This document shows positions 8,593 through 18,305 of a stretch of 64,000 nucleotides of DNA, one piece after another. The stretch lies in the NCBI GenBank assembly GCA_050916045.1, contig CP051526.1, positions 3,904,001 through 3,968,000 on the forward strand. The letters run 5' to 3'. A model generated the notes under the pieces. It was given only the letters and a program-made list of their open reading frames with translations. It had not been told where the DNA came from and did not search any database. This DNA comes from Tepidisphaera sp. (GTDB lineage Bacteria; Planctomycetota; Phycisphaerae; Phycisphaerales; UBA1924). Within the stretch, counting starts at the first letter, position 1. Each line of letters opens with the position of its first letter. A program made the translations under genes and the position numbers.

Positions 8593-9681
8593 CTAAAGGC
8601 CGTTCACCAGGACCTCGGCCGCCGCGCTCACCGCCGTCCGGGCTTGCGGACCCCGCCCGTTCCCGGGGATCACGATGTGCGGCATGATCGGAGAGCCCTC
8701 CAGACGGACCCCACGGCTGGTGACGTAGTCCGCCGTCGGGTACTGAAGCTCAAACCCGTGAGGAAGGCGAGCGTGCACCGAAAGCAGCACCTTGCCCGCC
8801 GACCGCTGGCCGAGGATGACCGCGTTGCGATGGTCGCGCAAAGCCGAAGCCACGATCTCCGAAGCGCTGGCGCTCCCCCGCGACAACAGCACAGCCACCG
8901 GGATCGTGAGGGGCTCCTTCGCGTTGCGGCGGACCCGGTACTTGCGGTCGGTCCACGCGGCGATCTCGGAAGCGGACTTGGCCGCGGCGCCGTTCTCGCG
9001 CTCGAACGCTCCCGCCATGTCGCGGTTCACGTAGACGCCGATCGCCGTGTCCTTGGGGATAAAGAGCCCGAGCAGATGCGACATCGCGGTCACGGCGCCC
9101 CCACCGTTGCCGCGAAGGTCGATGATGATGCCCTTGGCTCGCGGCTGAATCTCGTCGATGAACGCTTCGATCTTCGCGCGGTCGTATTGGTCGTCGTCAA
9201 AGCTCCGGAGCTTGAGCACTGCGATATCGCCCGGTTCCCAGGCGAGGGTCTGGTTCTCGCGGCCCGGCACGCGCGGCGCGGCGCCCGGCTGGCGGAGTTG
9301 GAGGCTCGAAGGCTCGCGCGGCGACTCGGGCCGTTCGGTCGGCGCTTTGAGACGAACGTGGCTGATGCCGTAGGTTTCAAGGACGCGGTTGACCTCCAAA
9401 GCGAGGCGCGCGGGGTCCGCTGCATCGTCAAACTTGTCTTCTGCTTGCACGATCTTCTCATCCCAGGCGCGGAAGTCGACGCCGGTCGCGAAGGCCCTGC
9501 GGGTGAGGGTCCGTCCGACGGCTTCGATGACCTCTTTGCGCTGGGAAGCCCACTGGGAGGCTTCGGCTTCCTCGGCACCGGCTTCGGCGGCTTTGGCCTG
9601 GCTCTCGGGCGGCATGACCTCCGGTTGGGTCGGAGAGGCCCAGAACGAGAGAGCCAGGGTCAGCACGAGGAGGATGGGCAT
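8593..9681 (-). CDS. Secreted S41-family (C-terminal processing-type) peptidase
   Basis: Signal peptide MPILLVL..., IIIDLRGNGGG, SASASEIVA, GQRSAGK, LEGSPIMPH. Confidence 0.88.
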   Translation of the reverse strand: MPILLVLTLALSFWASPTQPEVMPPESQAKAAEAGAEEAEASQWASQRKEVIEAVGRTLTRRAFATGVDFRAWDEKIVQAEDKFDDAADPARLALEVNRVLETYGISHVRLKAPTERPESPREPSSLQLRQPGAAPRVPGRENQTLAWEPGDIAVLKLRSFDDDQYDRAKIEAFIDEIQPRAKGIIIDLRGNGGGAVTAMSHLLGLFIPKDTAIGVYVNRDMAGAFERENGAAAKSASEIAAWTDRKYRVRRNAKEPLTIPVAVLLSRGSASASEIVASALRDHRNAVILGQRSAGKVLLSVHARLPHGFELQYPTADYVTSRGVRLEGSPIMPHIVIPGNGRGPQARTAVSAAAEVLVNGL

Positions 9682-9846
9682 GCATGGAGCATACCGGGTC
9701 CGGCCGAAATCGGACCGCTGGATCGATCCGGGAGCGACACCTATCATAACCCTCACGATCCGACGGCGAGGTGGGAGCGGGTTCATTTTCGGATTCTGGA
9801 AGGATCGTCGAGGTGGAGAGGGAGGGTGTCGGGCGTTGGCTTGGGA

Positions 9847-9874
9847 TTGACCCATGGGGGGTACCCGCTACCAT
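9847..9874 (+). promoter_or_regulatory. Sigma-70-type promoter for tRNA-Thr/tuf
   Basis: TTGACC-N16-TACCAT about 70 nt upstream of tRNA-Thr. Confidence 0.6.
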
Positions 9875-9944
9875 CTTCGCTCGCCCGGGCCCGGTCCCGG
9901 GAGGTTTCGTTGGGACAAGAGCTGGGAGTTTGCCCGACAGGTTT

Positions 9945-10016
9945 GCCGCTGTAGCTCAGTGGTAGAGCGCACCCTTGGTAAGGGTGAGGCCGTGGGTTCA
10001 ATCCCCACTAGCGGCT
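9945..10016 (+). tRNA. tRNA-Thr(GGT)
   Basis: GCCGCTG/TAGCGGC acceptor stem, anticodon arm ACCCT-TGGTA-AGGGT, GGTTCAATCC T-loop; CCA not encoded. Confidence 0.96.
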
Positions 10017-10158
10017 TTTCCGACTGGAATCCGGAGAGATCCGGCGGTCGGTGTCAGATAGTTTTGTCCGCCTCACGGCTCGCCTGGTACAGGGAATCAG
10101 GCTGGAGAGCCTGACCCTCGAGGCGTCGGTCCGGTTCATTCTGTCGGGAGTTTTCGTC

Positions 10159-11361
10159 ATGGCCAAAGGCACTTTCACTCGCAACAAACCCCACGTCAAC
10201 GTCGGCACGATCGGTCACATCGACCACGGCAAGTCGACCCTGACGGCCGCCCTTTCGGCCCGCTCCGCGGCCCGTTTCGGCGGTCAGATCAAGTCGTACG
10301 CCGAAATCACCAAGGGTGGTACGGTCCGCGACTCCAACAAGACCGTCACGATCGCGTCCTCGCACACCGAGTACGAGACCGAGAAGCGTCACTACGCCCA
10401 CGTCGACTGTCCGGGCCACGCCGACTTCGTGAAGAACATGATCACCGGCGCCGCCCAGATGGACGGCGCGATTCTGGTGGTCTCGGCCGCCGACGGCCCG
10501 ATGCCGCAGACCCGCGAGCACGTGCTCCTCGCCCGTCAGGTCGGCGTGCCCTACATCGTCGTCTTCCTGAACAAGGTCGACCTCGTTGACGACCCCGAGC
10601 TCCTCGACCTGGTCGAGATGGAAGTCCGCGACCTCCTCAAGAAGTACGGCTTCCCCGGCGACACGACCCCGATCATCCGCGGTCAGTCCAAGCTCGCGCT
10701 TGAGAACCCGCGCGACGACAAGGCCTGCAAGCCGATCGATGACCTCTTCAACGCCATCGACACCTGGATCCCCGAGCCGGCCCGCGAAGTCGACAAGCCC
10801 TTCCTCATGTCCGTGGAAGACGTCTTCTCGATCAAGGGTCGCGGTACGGTCGCCACCGGCCGTATCGAGCGCGGCATGATCAAGGTCGGCGACGCCTGCG
10901 AGATCGTCGGTCTCCGCAAGGAGAACAAGGCTTCGATCATCACCGGCGTCGAAATGTTCCAGAAGACCCTCGACAGCGGCATGGCCGGCGACAACGTCGG
11001 TCTCCTCCTCCGCGGCGTGGAAAAGGACGACATCGAGCGCGGGCAGGTCATCTGCAAGCCCAACTCGATCAAGCCCCACACGCAGTTCAAGGGCGAGGTG
11101 TACATCCTGACCAAGGAAGAAGGCGGCCGTCACACGCCGTTCTTCACCGGCTACCGCCCCCAGTTCTACTTCCGCACGACGGACGTCACCGGCACCTGTA
11201 AGCTCCTCGGCGGCGCCGAGATGTGCATGCCCGGCGACAACGTCCAGATGGAAATCGACCTCATGGAGAAGCCCGTCGCCATGGAGAAGGGCGTCCGCTT
11301 CGCCGTCCGCGAAGGCGGCAAGACGATCGGCTCCGGCGTCGTCACCGAGATCATCAAGTAA
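10159..11361 (+). CDS. tuf: Elongation factor Tu
   Basis: [56 protein letters not shown]. Confidence 0.99.
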   Translation: MAKGTFTRNKPHVNVGTIGHIDHGKSTLTAALSARSAARFGGQIKSYAEITKGGTVRDSNKTVTIASSHTEYETEKRHYAHVDCPGHADFVKNMITGAAQMDGAILVVSAADGPMPQTREHVLLARQVGVPYIVVFLNKVDLVDDPELLDLVEMEVRDLLKKYGFPGDTTPIIRGQSKLALENPRDDKACKPIDDLFNAIDTWIPEPAREVDKPFLMSVEDVFSIKGRGTVATGRIERGMIKVGDACEIVGLRKENKASIITGVEMFQKTLDSGMAGDNVGLLLRGVEKDDIERGQVICKPNSIKPHTQFKGEVYILTKEEGGRHTPFFTGYRPQFYFRTTDVTGTCKLLGGAEMCMPGDNVQMEIDLMEKPVAMEKGVRFAVREGGKTIGSGVVTEIIK

Positions 11362-11386
11362 GTCTCGGCTCGTTTGAACATCACAT

Positions 11387-11417
11387 CGTCCGGGTCGAAA
11401 GGCCCGGACGGTTGTTT
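11387..11417 (+). terminator. Hairpin/terminator after tuf
   Basis: cgtccggg...gaaa...cccggacg followed by gttgttt. Confidence 0.55.
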
Positions 11418-11485
11418 CAGGGAAATTAGCATCGCGTACCCCCTTCGGCCGATGCCGATGGCACGCGAAGAAAGTCTGGTGGATC

Positions 11486-11668
11486 ATGGCGAAGAAGAAA
11501 TCGATGGCCCGCGAATACTGCTGGCTCCAGTGCACCGAGACCGGCGACCTCAACTACCGCACCGAGGTGAACACCAAGGGTGGCATGCCGGAGGGTCTCA
11601 AGGAAGGCCTCAGCAAGTACAGCCCCCGGCTGCGCCGGCACACCATGCACAAAGTGAAGCGGAAGTAA
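11486..11668 (+). CDS. rpmG: 50S ribosomal protein L33
   Basis: LQCTETGDLNYRT...KYSPRLRRHTMH; canonical tuf-rpmG-tRNA-Trp-secE-nusG context. Confidence 0.93.
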   Translation: MAKKKSMAREYCWLQCTETGDLNYRTEVNTKGGMPEGLKEGLSKYSPRLRRHTMHKVKRK

Positions 11669-11772
11669 TCGCCCATCGGCTTCCCGCGCACGGGCCTCGC
11701 GCCCGGCCATCGCGGCAGAGCCGAGCCGGCGAACCCCTCAGACCCCGGAGCACTACGCTTCCGGGTGTACGG

Positions 11773-11845
<73 letters not shown>

Positions 11846-11893
11846 TTCACGACGTCGACGACCTGAGTTATGCAGACGCGCCAGGATACTCCC

Positions 11894-12667
11894 ATGACCG
11901 ACCGTGCTCCCCAGCTCACCGAATCCGCGGATTCGCGCGATTCGACCGCCTCGCTCGCGCCGACTCGGCGCGAGCATGGCATGGGGCTCTACAAGCCCGG
12001 TCAGGGGTACTGGACCCGCGTCGGCACGGCCATCGGCCTCATCCTCCTGCTGCTCTCGGCCGTCGCCTGGCTCGTCAAGCAGTGCGAGCTCGTCAACATC
12101 CCCCTCACCACATGGACCGTCAGCGTCAGCGGTGTGCAGGGTGACATTGCTTCGGGAACCGACGTCCGCGTCCTCACCGAAAGCCTCACTCCCGGCACCG
12201 CTCCCGCCGCCGTCGCCACCGGGCACGTCTCGGAGGTCACCTCCAGCGTCGCCGGCCGCAAAGCCCTGACCCTGGACAAGATCACCTACGCCGAAGGCCA
12301 GAACACCCTCGCGGTGGGCAAGAATCTCGCGGTCGGCACCGCGGAAGGCGCTCCGGTCGTCAAGATCGAGTCCATCGTCGGCAACCCGGCTTTCCCGCGG
12401 ATCTGGCTCCAGGGTCCGGCTGCCCTCACGCTTTTCCTGGTCGGCCTCGGGCTGATCTACTGGTTCGTGGGCATCCGTGCCCGCTCGGTTGATTTCCTCA
12501 TCGCGACCGACGCGGAGATGAAGAAGGTCAACTGGTCCAGCCGCAAGACGATCGTGGATTCGACCTGGATGGTCGTCGGGGCTTCGGTCCTGATCGCCGG
12601 GCTGATCTACATCATCGACATCATCTTCCAGTGGTTCTTCGCCCTGATCGGGGTTCTCGCCCGCTGA
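11894..12667 (+). CDS. secE: Preprotein translocase subunit SecE, extended form
   Basis: C-terminal DFLIATDAEMKKVNWSSR plus TM helix; YKPGQGYWTR planctomycete-type motif; start uncertain (11870, 11894 or 11981). Confidence 0.88.
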   Translation: MTDRAPQLTESADSRDSTASLAPTRREHGMGLYKPGQGYWTRVGTAIGLILLLLSAVAWLVKQCELVNIPLTTWTVSVSGVQGDIASGTDVRVLTESLTPGTAPAAVATGHVSEVTSSVAGRKALTLDKITYAEGQNTLAVGKNLAVGTAEGAPVVKIESIVGNPAFPRIWLQGPAALTLFLVGLGLIYWFVGIRARSVDFLIATDAEMKKVNWSSRKTIVDSTWMVVGASVLIAGLIYIIDIIFQWFFALIGVLAR

Positions 12668-12882
12668 TCGGGCACGGGTTTCGACGGGTGGCTACCATCG
12701 GTGGTCAGGCGGGTTCGGTCTTGTGAGCCTGACGTGGTTGGTGGGACATGGGCGGGGGCGTCCTTTGCAGTGTTCGGTTCGGCGTGTCGGCAGAGCTCCC
12801 AAGCAACGGGGCATCTTCCGACGACATCACTCGGAAACAGGATCAGACCATCGCCCCCAGCGGGCCGATTCAGGAGCGGGCC

Positions 12883-13530
12883 ATGAAAGAAGCCAAAGTG
12901 AACCAGGATGCCCCCGTCATTCAGACCACGGAGCGCGTCGGCCTCCTCGGGACCGATGAGCCCCTCCGCACGCCCGGCATGGACTGGTTCGTCCTTCGCG
13001 TCGCCAGCAACAAGGAAAGCTACGTCCGCGACACCCTCCTGCGCAAGGTGCAGATCGAAGGGATGTCTCACCTCGTCAACCGCTTGCTGGTGCCCACCGA
13101 GAAGACCCGCACCATCAAGAACGGCAAGCAGAAGATCACCGAGACCAAGCTCTATCCCGGATACGTCTTCGTCGAGATGCGCCTCGAGCCCGACGGCCGG
13201 ATCCCGCAGGATGTGTTCTTCCTCATCAAGGAAACCACCGGCGTGGGCGATTTCGTCGGCACCGCCGGCCGCCCGGCTCCGATGAAGGAACACGAAATCG
13301 AGAAGATGCAGAAGGACTCGCGCAAGCCCGAGGACGAGCCGACGCTCAAGCTCACCTTCGAGAAGGGCGAGCACGTGGTCATCAAGGAAGGCCCGTTCCA
13401 AAGCTACGAGGGCACGGTCGACGAGATCGATCCCGAGAAGGGCCGCCTCAAGGTGCTCGTCACGATCTTCGGCCGCCAGGCTCCGATCGAGCTCGAAGAG
13501 TGGCAGGTCGGCAAAGCCGAGCAGGCCTGA
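12883..13530 (+). CDS. nusG: Transcription termination/antitermination factor NusG
   Basis: WFVLRVASNKE, KLYPGYVFVEM, KOW VIKEGPFQSYEGTV, IFGRQAPIEL; GGAG upstream. Confidence 0.97.
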   Translation: MKEAKVNQDAPVIQTTERVGLLGTDEPLRTPGMDWFVLRVASNKESYVRDTLLRKVQIEGMSHLVNRLLVPTEKTRTIKNGKQKITETKLYPGYVFVEMRLEPDGRIPQDVFFLIKETTGVGDFVGTAGRPAPMKEHEIEKMQKDSRKPEDEPTLKLTFEKGEHVVIKEGPFQSYEGTVDEIDPEKGRLKVLVTIFGRQAPIELEEWQVGKAEQA

Positions 13531-13531
13531 A

Positions 13532-13774
13532 TCACGCGTGCAGGTCGATCAACCGCCCCACCACCGGGACGCCCGAGCAACTGGCTTTGCTCTGACGCCA
13601 CGCGCGCCGATGGGCTTCGTTCTGCTGAGCGAGCGAGAGGTGAAACGGAAGGGTCGGAGCCGGCCGCTCGCGCTCGGCGTTGGCACGCTCAAGCGACTCG
13701 GCGAACGCCGGACGGAGCGAACGGAACGCGGATGCGAGCGCCGGACAGACGGAAATCGGCTCAGATCTGAACAT
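13532..13774 (-). CDS. Possible small hypothetical protein (80 aa)
   Basis: Fits the nusG-queA gap and ends in GRLIDLHA; no clear SD. Confidence 0.35.
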   Translation of the reverse strand: MFRSEPISVCPALASAFRSLRPAFAESLERANAERERPAPTLPFHLSLAQQNEAHRRAWRQSKASCSGVPVVGRLIDLHA

Positions 13775-13993
13775 GACGCCGTTCTGGTGTCGAACGGGAT
13801 GCCGGAGCCGCGGCGACCCGGTTTACGCCCGCTCCAAGGGCGCCACCGCCCATAAAACACCGTCCGCGACGGCTCCAAGGCCCTCGACGGACCACCCTGA
13901 TGGGTGACGCGGAAGATGCGGAACATGAGGTCTGGACCGACGCGCTGCCCGCGGGCAGCACCCCTCTCCGCTCAGTGAAGCAAGGACACCACG

Positions 13994-15133
13994 GTGCTGA
14001 GAACCGCCGATCTTGAGTACGAGCTGCCGGAAGCGAGCATCGCGACCGCGCCCGCGACCCCGCGTGACTCGGCACGGCTGCTCGTCCTTCCCCCCGACGG
14101 CTCGCCTGCGATGCACCGGCGGGTTTCCGACCTCCCCTCGGTGCTTGGACGGGGCGACCTTCTCGTCTTCAACGCGACGAGGGTGCTCCGGGCGCGGTTT
14201 GTCGGCCACCGGGCCGACACGGGTGGCAAAGCCGAGGGGCTTTTCCTTCGGGAAGCCGACCTGCCGGGCGGTGGAGTTGGCTGGATCTGTCTGGCTCGAC
14301 TCAAGCGGATCGCACCGGGCGTGGAGATCACCGTGGAACGCAAGCCCGGCGAAGTGGCTCTCCGGCTGCTCGCCGTCGCGCCCCAGACGGAAGAGCTCGG
14401 CGCGTGGCTCTTTGCTCCGCGCCTGCCGGACGGAGCACCGGTCGTCGAGCCTGCGGCGGAGGTGCTAGAACGGGCCGGACTGACGCCGCTCCCGCCGTAC
14501 ATCCTTCGAGCCCGGACCCATCAGGGGCTCGAACGCCCCGAGGATGAGGATCACGACCGGTACCAGACCACCTTCGCCAAGGGTCAAGCCGGGTCGGTCG
14601 CGGCTCCGACCGCCGGGCTCCATTTCACCCCCGAACTCCTTGAATCGCTGGCCGACGCCGGGGTCGAGCGGGCCGAGGTGACCCTCCACGTCGGGACCGG
14701 GACCTTTCGACCGGTCGAAACCGAGTTCGTCGACGACCACCCGATGCACTCGGAGTGGTGCTCGATGTCTGCGGAGGCCGTCGAACAGGTGCGGCGCGCC
14801 CGCGCGGAGGGGCGGAGGGTGATCGCGGTAGGCACCACCAGCGCCAGAACCCTCGAATCCTTCGCCCAAGCCGAGGAAAGAGGGGAGCTGCCCGAAAGCC
14901 TCGCGACGCGGATCCTGATCACGCCGGGGTACCCCTGGCGCTGGGTGGACGGCCTCCTCACCAATTTTCACCTGCCGCGTTCGACCCTCATGGCCATGGT
15001 CGCTTCCAGAATCTCGGCCGAGCCGGGTGTCGGGGTCGCCAAGCTCAAGGAGCTCTACGCCATCGCGCTCCGGGAGGGGTACCGGTTCTATTCCTTCGGC
15101 GACGCGATGCTGATCCAGCCGCGGCGTGGCTGA
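13994..15133 (+). CDS. queA: tRNA preQ1(34) S-adenosylmethionine ribosyltransferase-isomerase
   Basis: PLPPYI, RYQT, GSVAAPTAGLHFT, LHVGTGTF, TNFHLPRSTL, YRFYSFGDAML. Confidence 0.97.
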   Translation: MLRTADLEYELPEASIATAPATPRDSARLLVLPPDGSPAMHRRVSDLPSVLGRGDLLVFNATRVLRARFVGHRADTGGKAEGLFLREADLPGGGVGWICLARLKRIAPGVEITVERKPGEVALRLLAVAPQTEELGAWLFAPRLPDGAPVVEPAAEVLERAGLTPLPPYILRARTHQGLERPEDEDHDRYQTTFAKGQAGSVAAPTAGLHFTPELLESLADAGVERAEVTLHVGTGTFRPVETEFVDDHPMHSEWCSMSAEAVEQVRRARAEGRRVIAVGTTSARTLESFAQAEERGELPESLATRILITPGYPWRWVDGLLTNFHLPRSTLMAMVASRISAEPGVGVAKLKELYAIALREGYRFYSFGDAMLIQPRRG

Positions 15134-15226
15134 ATCTGTGTCTGCCAAGGGGTGCGATGGTCGATACGATGGGCCGCTCGCCACAAGCGAATGGACTCGC
15201 CGACGGCGTGGCACAGGTGCGGCCGC

Positions 15227-16837
15227 ATGCTCCTCGGAGAACTCACGCAAGGTCTTGGGATCACGCTTCTGACGCCCGGCGCGGCGGGGGTGCGGATCAC
15301 GGACGTCACCGAAGACAGCCGGACGGCGCTGCCGGGGTCGCTCTTCATCGCGCGGTCCGGACGGCAAGCCGACGGCCGCCAGTACGTGCTCGACGCGGTC
15401 GCGGCGGGCGCGGCGGCGATCCTGACGGACGACCCCGAGCCGCTCCGAACCGGGAACGCCTGCCCCGCAGCGGCGATCGCTTCGACCAAGGACATCATGC
15501 TCGCCGCGGCTCAGGTCGCCGAGCGGTTCTACGGCAACCCGGCCAAGGTGCTCGCGTCTCGCGCGGGGATCCTCGGCGTCACGGGCACCAACGGCAAGAC
15601 GACGATCACGTGGCTGACGTGGCAGATCCTGAACCGGGCGAGCATCCGCTGCGGGCTGATCGGAACCGTCATGATCGACGACGGCCGCGAGGTCGCCGCC
15701 GCCACGATGACCACGCCGCCGGCGGTTGAGCTCAGCCTGACCCTGGCCAACATGGTCGAAGCGGGGTGCCAGGCGGTCGTGCTCGAAGCCTCAAGCCACG
15801 CGCTGCACCAGCGACGCGTGGGCGCCCTTCCCTTCCGCGTGGGGATCTTCACCAACCTCACGCAGGACCACCTCGACTATCACGGCACGATGGAGCACTA
15901 CGCCGCCGCCAAAGCCATGCTTTTCACGGCGCTGGGGCCCGACGGGGTCGCGATCGTCAACGCCGACGACCCGGCGCACGCTCGCATGATCGCGGAGACA
16001 AAGGCTCGCGTGATCCGCTGTCGCAAGGTCGAAGCTAACCCCGCCGGCGGCGCCGACCAAGCCCAGGTCCGCATCGTGAGCACCTCGATGCGCGGGATGA
16101 AGCTTGAGCTCGCCGGGCCCTTCGGCAACGTCACCGTGCTCGCTTCGCTCATCGGGTCGTACAACGCGATGAACATCCTGCAAGCCGCGGTCGCGGCGCA
16201 CGCGCTGGGGGTGCGGGCGGAAGCGCTGTCCGAAAGTCTGGCCCAGATCACCGCGCCGCCCGGACGGCTTGAGCTGGTCGCGACCGACTCGGACGAGATC
16301 GCGGTGTACGTCGACTATGCGCACACGGACGACGGGCTGCGGTCGATGCTGACGGCGGTGCGCTCGGCGATGAATTCCGGGGAGCTCTGGGTGGTTTTCG
16401 GCTGCGGCGGCGACCGAGACAGGGGCAAGCGGCCCAAGATGGGCCGCGCGGCTTCGGATCTCGGGCACCGGGTGGTCGTGACCTCGGACAACCCGCGGAC
16501 CGAGCGCCCCGGCGAGATCATCTCCCAGATCATGGAGGGGATCCCGGAACCCAAGCGAAGCGAGGCCGTGGTGCACGCCGACCGCGCCAAAGCGATCGAG
16601 TACGCGATCTCGGCGGCCAAGCCCGGGGACGTCGTCGTGATCGCCGGCAAAGGGCACGAAGCCGAGCAGATCCTTCCCGACGGCAACGGCGGAACCTACC
16701 GCATCAAGTTCGACGACCGGGAGCACGCCGCATCGGCGCTCGCAAGCCGGCGCGGGGTGGTGACTGAGGTCAAGGTATTGGCAAACCGCGGGACCGCCGC
16801 CGCGAACGAGGACAGCGATGACGTTCTGGACCTATGA
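15227..16837 (+). CDS. murE: UDP-MurNAc-tripeptide synthetase (meso-DAP type)
   Basis: GVTGTNGKTT, LEASSH, TNLTQDHLDYH, VDYAHT, FGCGGDRD, SDNPR, IAGKGHE. Confidence 0.96.
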   Translation: MLLGELTQGLGITLLTPGAAGVRITDVTEDSRTALPGSLFIARSGRQADGRQYVLDAVAAGAAAILTDDPEPLRTGNACPAAAIASTKDIMLAAAQVAERFYGNPAKVLASRAGILGVTGTNGKTTITWLTWQILNRASIRCGLIGTVMIDDGREVAAATMTTPPAVELSLTLANMVEAGCQAVVLEASSHALHQRRVGALPFRVGIFTNLTQDHLDYHGTMEHYAAAKAMLFTALGPDGVAIVNADDPAHARMIAETKARVIRCRKVEANPAGGADQAQVRIVSTSMRGMKLELAGPFGNVTVLASLIGSYNAMNILQAAVAAHALGVRAEALSESLAQITAPPGRLELVATDSDEIAVYVDYAHTDDGLRSMLTAVRSAMNSGELWVVFGCGGDRDRGKRPKMGRAASDLGHRVVVTSDNPRTERPGEIISQIMEGIPEPKRSEAVVHADRAKAIEYAISAAKPGDVVVIAGKGHEAEQILPDGNGGTYRIKFDDREHAASALASRRGVVTEVKVLANRGTAAANEDSDDVLDL

Positions 16838-18284
16838 ATCGATCAAGCAAGCGTCCGGTGGCTCCTGGGCGGCGCGGGGCCGCGAGGGTGCCGCTCCGCG
16901 CGGCGCCTCGATCGACTCGCGCACGATCAAGCCCGGACAGATGTTCTTCGCCCTGCGCGGAGAGCGCGTCGACGGACACGCGTATCTCGACGCGGCCGCC
17001 GAGCGCGGCGCAAGCCTCGCGGTGATCGACACACCCGCGAGCTGCGGCGATCTGACGCGCTTCCACGGCGGCATGGGCGTGCTTGTGACCGGGGACACAC
17101 CGGCGTCGCTGCTCAGGCTTGGCACGGCGGCCCGCGCCGCGATGGGAACGACCAAGGTGGTGTCCATCGGCGGCTCCAACGGAAAGACGACGACGACGCG
17201 GCTGATCGAAGCCGTTCTGGGCACCTCCCTCCGCGGGAGCGCTTCGCCCAAGAGTTTCAACAACGCGCTCGGCGTGCCGTTGACCTTGCTCAACGCTTCA
17301 CCAGGCGACGCGTTCGTCGCCGCCGAGGTCGGGACCAACGCTCCGGGCGAGATCGCGCTGCTCGCCGGCATGGTCAGGCCCGACGTCGCGGTGATCACGA
17401 GCATCGGACGCGAGCATCTTGAAGGTCTCGGATCGCTCGAGGGCGTGGCCCGAGAAGAAGCCGCGATCCTGCCGGAGATCGCCCCCGGCGGCACCGCCGT
17501 TCTCAACGCCGACGCGCCGCACCTGATGGCGCTCGCGAAATCCATGCTCGCAAGCCGACGCGACGTCTCGGTGGTCACCTTCGGCACGGGCGAGAGCGCC
17601 GATCTTCGGCTGACGGATATCAGCCACGGGCTCGGCGGCCTCCGCGTCACGATCAACGATCGGGACGTGTACGAAGTCCCGCTGATCGGCAAGCACAACG
17701 CGGGCAACGCCGCCGCCGCGATCGCGGTGGGCCGCCGATTCGGGCTGGATCTCGCTTCGATCAACGCCGGTATGGCCCGCGTGAAAGCCCCGGACCACCG
17801 GCTCCAGCGGCTGACCGTGGGCGGCATCGCGGTGCTCGACGATGCGTACAACGCCAACCCGGAGTCGATGCGGGCCGCGATCGAGACCTTTGCCGAGATC
17901 GCTTCCTCGGCGCGTCGCCGGGTCGTCGTCCTCGGCGACATGCTTGAGCTTGGCGATTCCTCCCAGGCCCTGCACGAGGAGATCGGTCGGCACGTCGCCG
18001 AGCTCCGCGCCGCGGATGTCGCGCTCCTGGTCGGGCCGATCTCCGCGCACACCGCTCGGGCGATCAGCTCGGCTTCTCCCGCGATCGCGGTGCGGCATTA
18101 CGCCCAAGCCACGGCCGCAACGTGCGACGCGATCGCCCGCACCCTCCGCGACGGCGACGCGGTGCTTCTGAAGGGTTCCAGGGGGATGGGCCTGGACCGC
18201 GTGGCGACGGCTCTGCAGTCGCTTCACCCGGAGCCCTCTCCGGCCACGATCATCACCCCCAAACCCGCGCCTGCCAGCCGGTAA
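16818..18284 (+). CDS. murF: UDP-MurNAc-pentapeptide synthetase
   Basis: IDSRTI, GSNGKTTT, SFNNALGVPLTL, DAYNANPESM, LGDMLELG, LKGSRGM. Confidence 0.96.
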   Translation: MTFWTYESIKQASGGSWAARGREGAAPRGASIDSRTIKPGQMFFALRGERVDGHAYLDAAAERGASLAVIDTPASCGDLTRFHGGMGVLVTGDTPASLLRLGTAARAAMGTTKVVSIGGSNGKTTTTRLIEAVLGTSLRGSASPKSFNNALGVPLTLLNASPGDAFVAAEVGTNAPGEIALLAGMVRPDVAVITSIGREHLEGLGSLEGVAREEAAILPEIAPGGTAVLNADAPHLMALAKSMLASRRDVSVVTFGTGESADLRLTDISHGLGGLRVTINDRDVYEVPLIGKHNAGNAAAAIAVGRRFGLDLASINAGMARVKAPDHRLQRLTVGGIAVLDDAYNANPESMRAAIETFAEIASSARRRVVVLGDMLELGDSSQALHEEIGRHVAELRAADVALLVGPISAHTARAISSASPAIAVRHYAQATAATCDAIARTLRDGDAVLLKGSRGMGLDRVATALQSLHPEPSPATIITPKPAPASR

Positions 18285-18305
18285 ACCAGCGAGCCGACAC
18301 CCACG

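Noticed and set aside
10054..11553. 499-aa minus-strand ORF
   Set aside because: Mirror frame of tuf
13531..13993. RNase P RNA, tmRNA or 6S RNA in the nusG-queA gap
   Set aside because: Diagnostic motifs (GAGGAAAGTCC, tRNA-like ends) not found by eye; a 6S call cannot be supported without a covariance search
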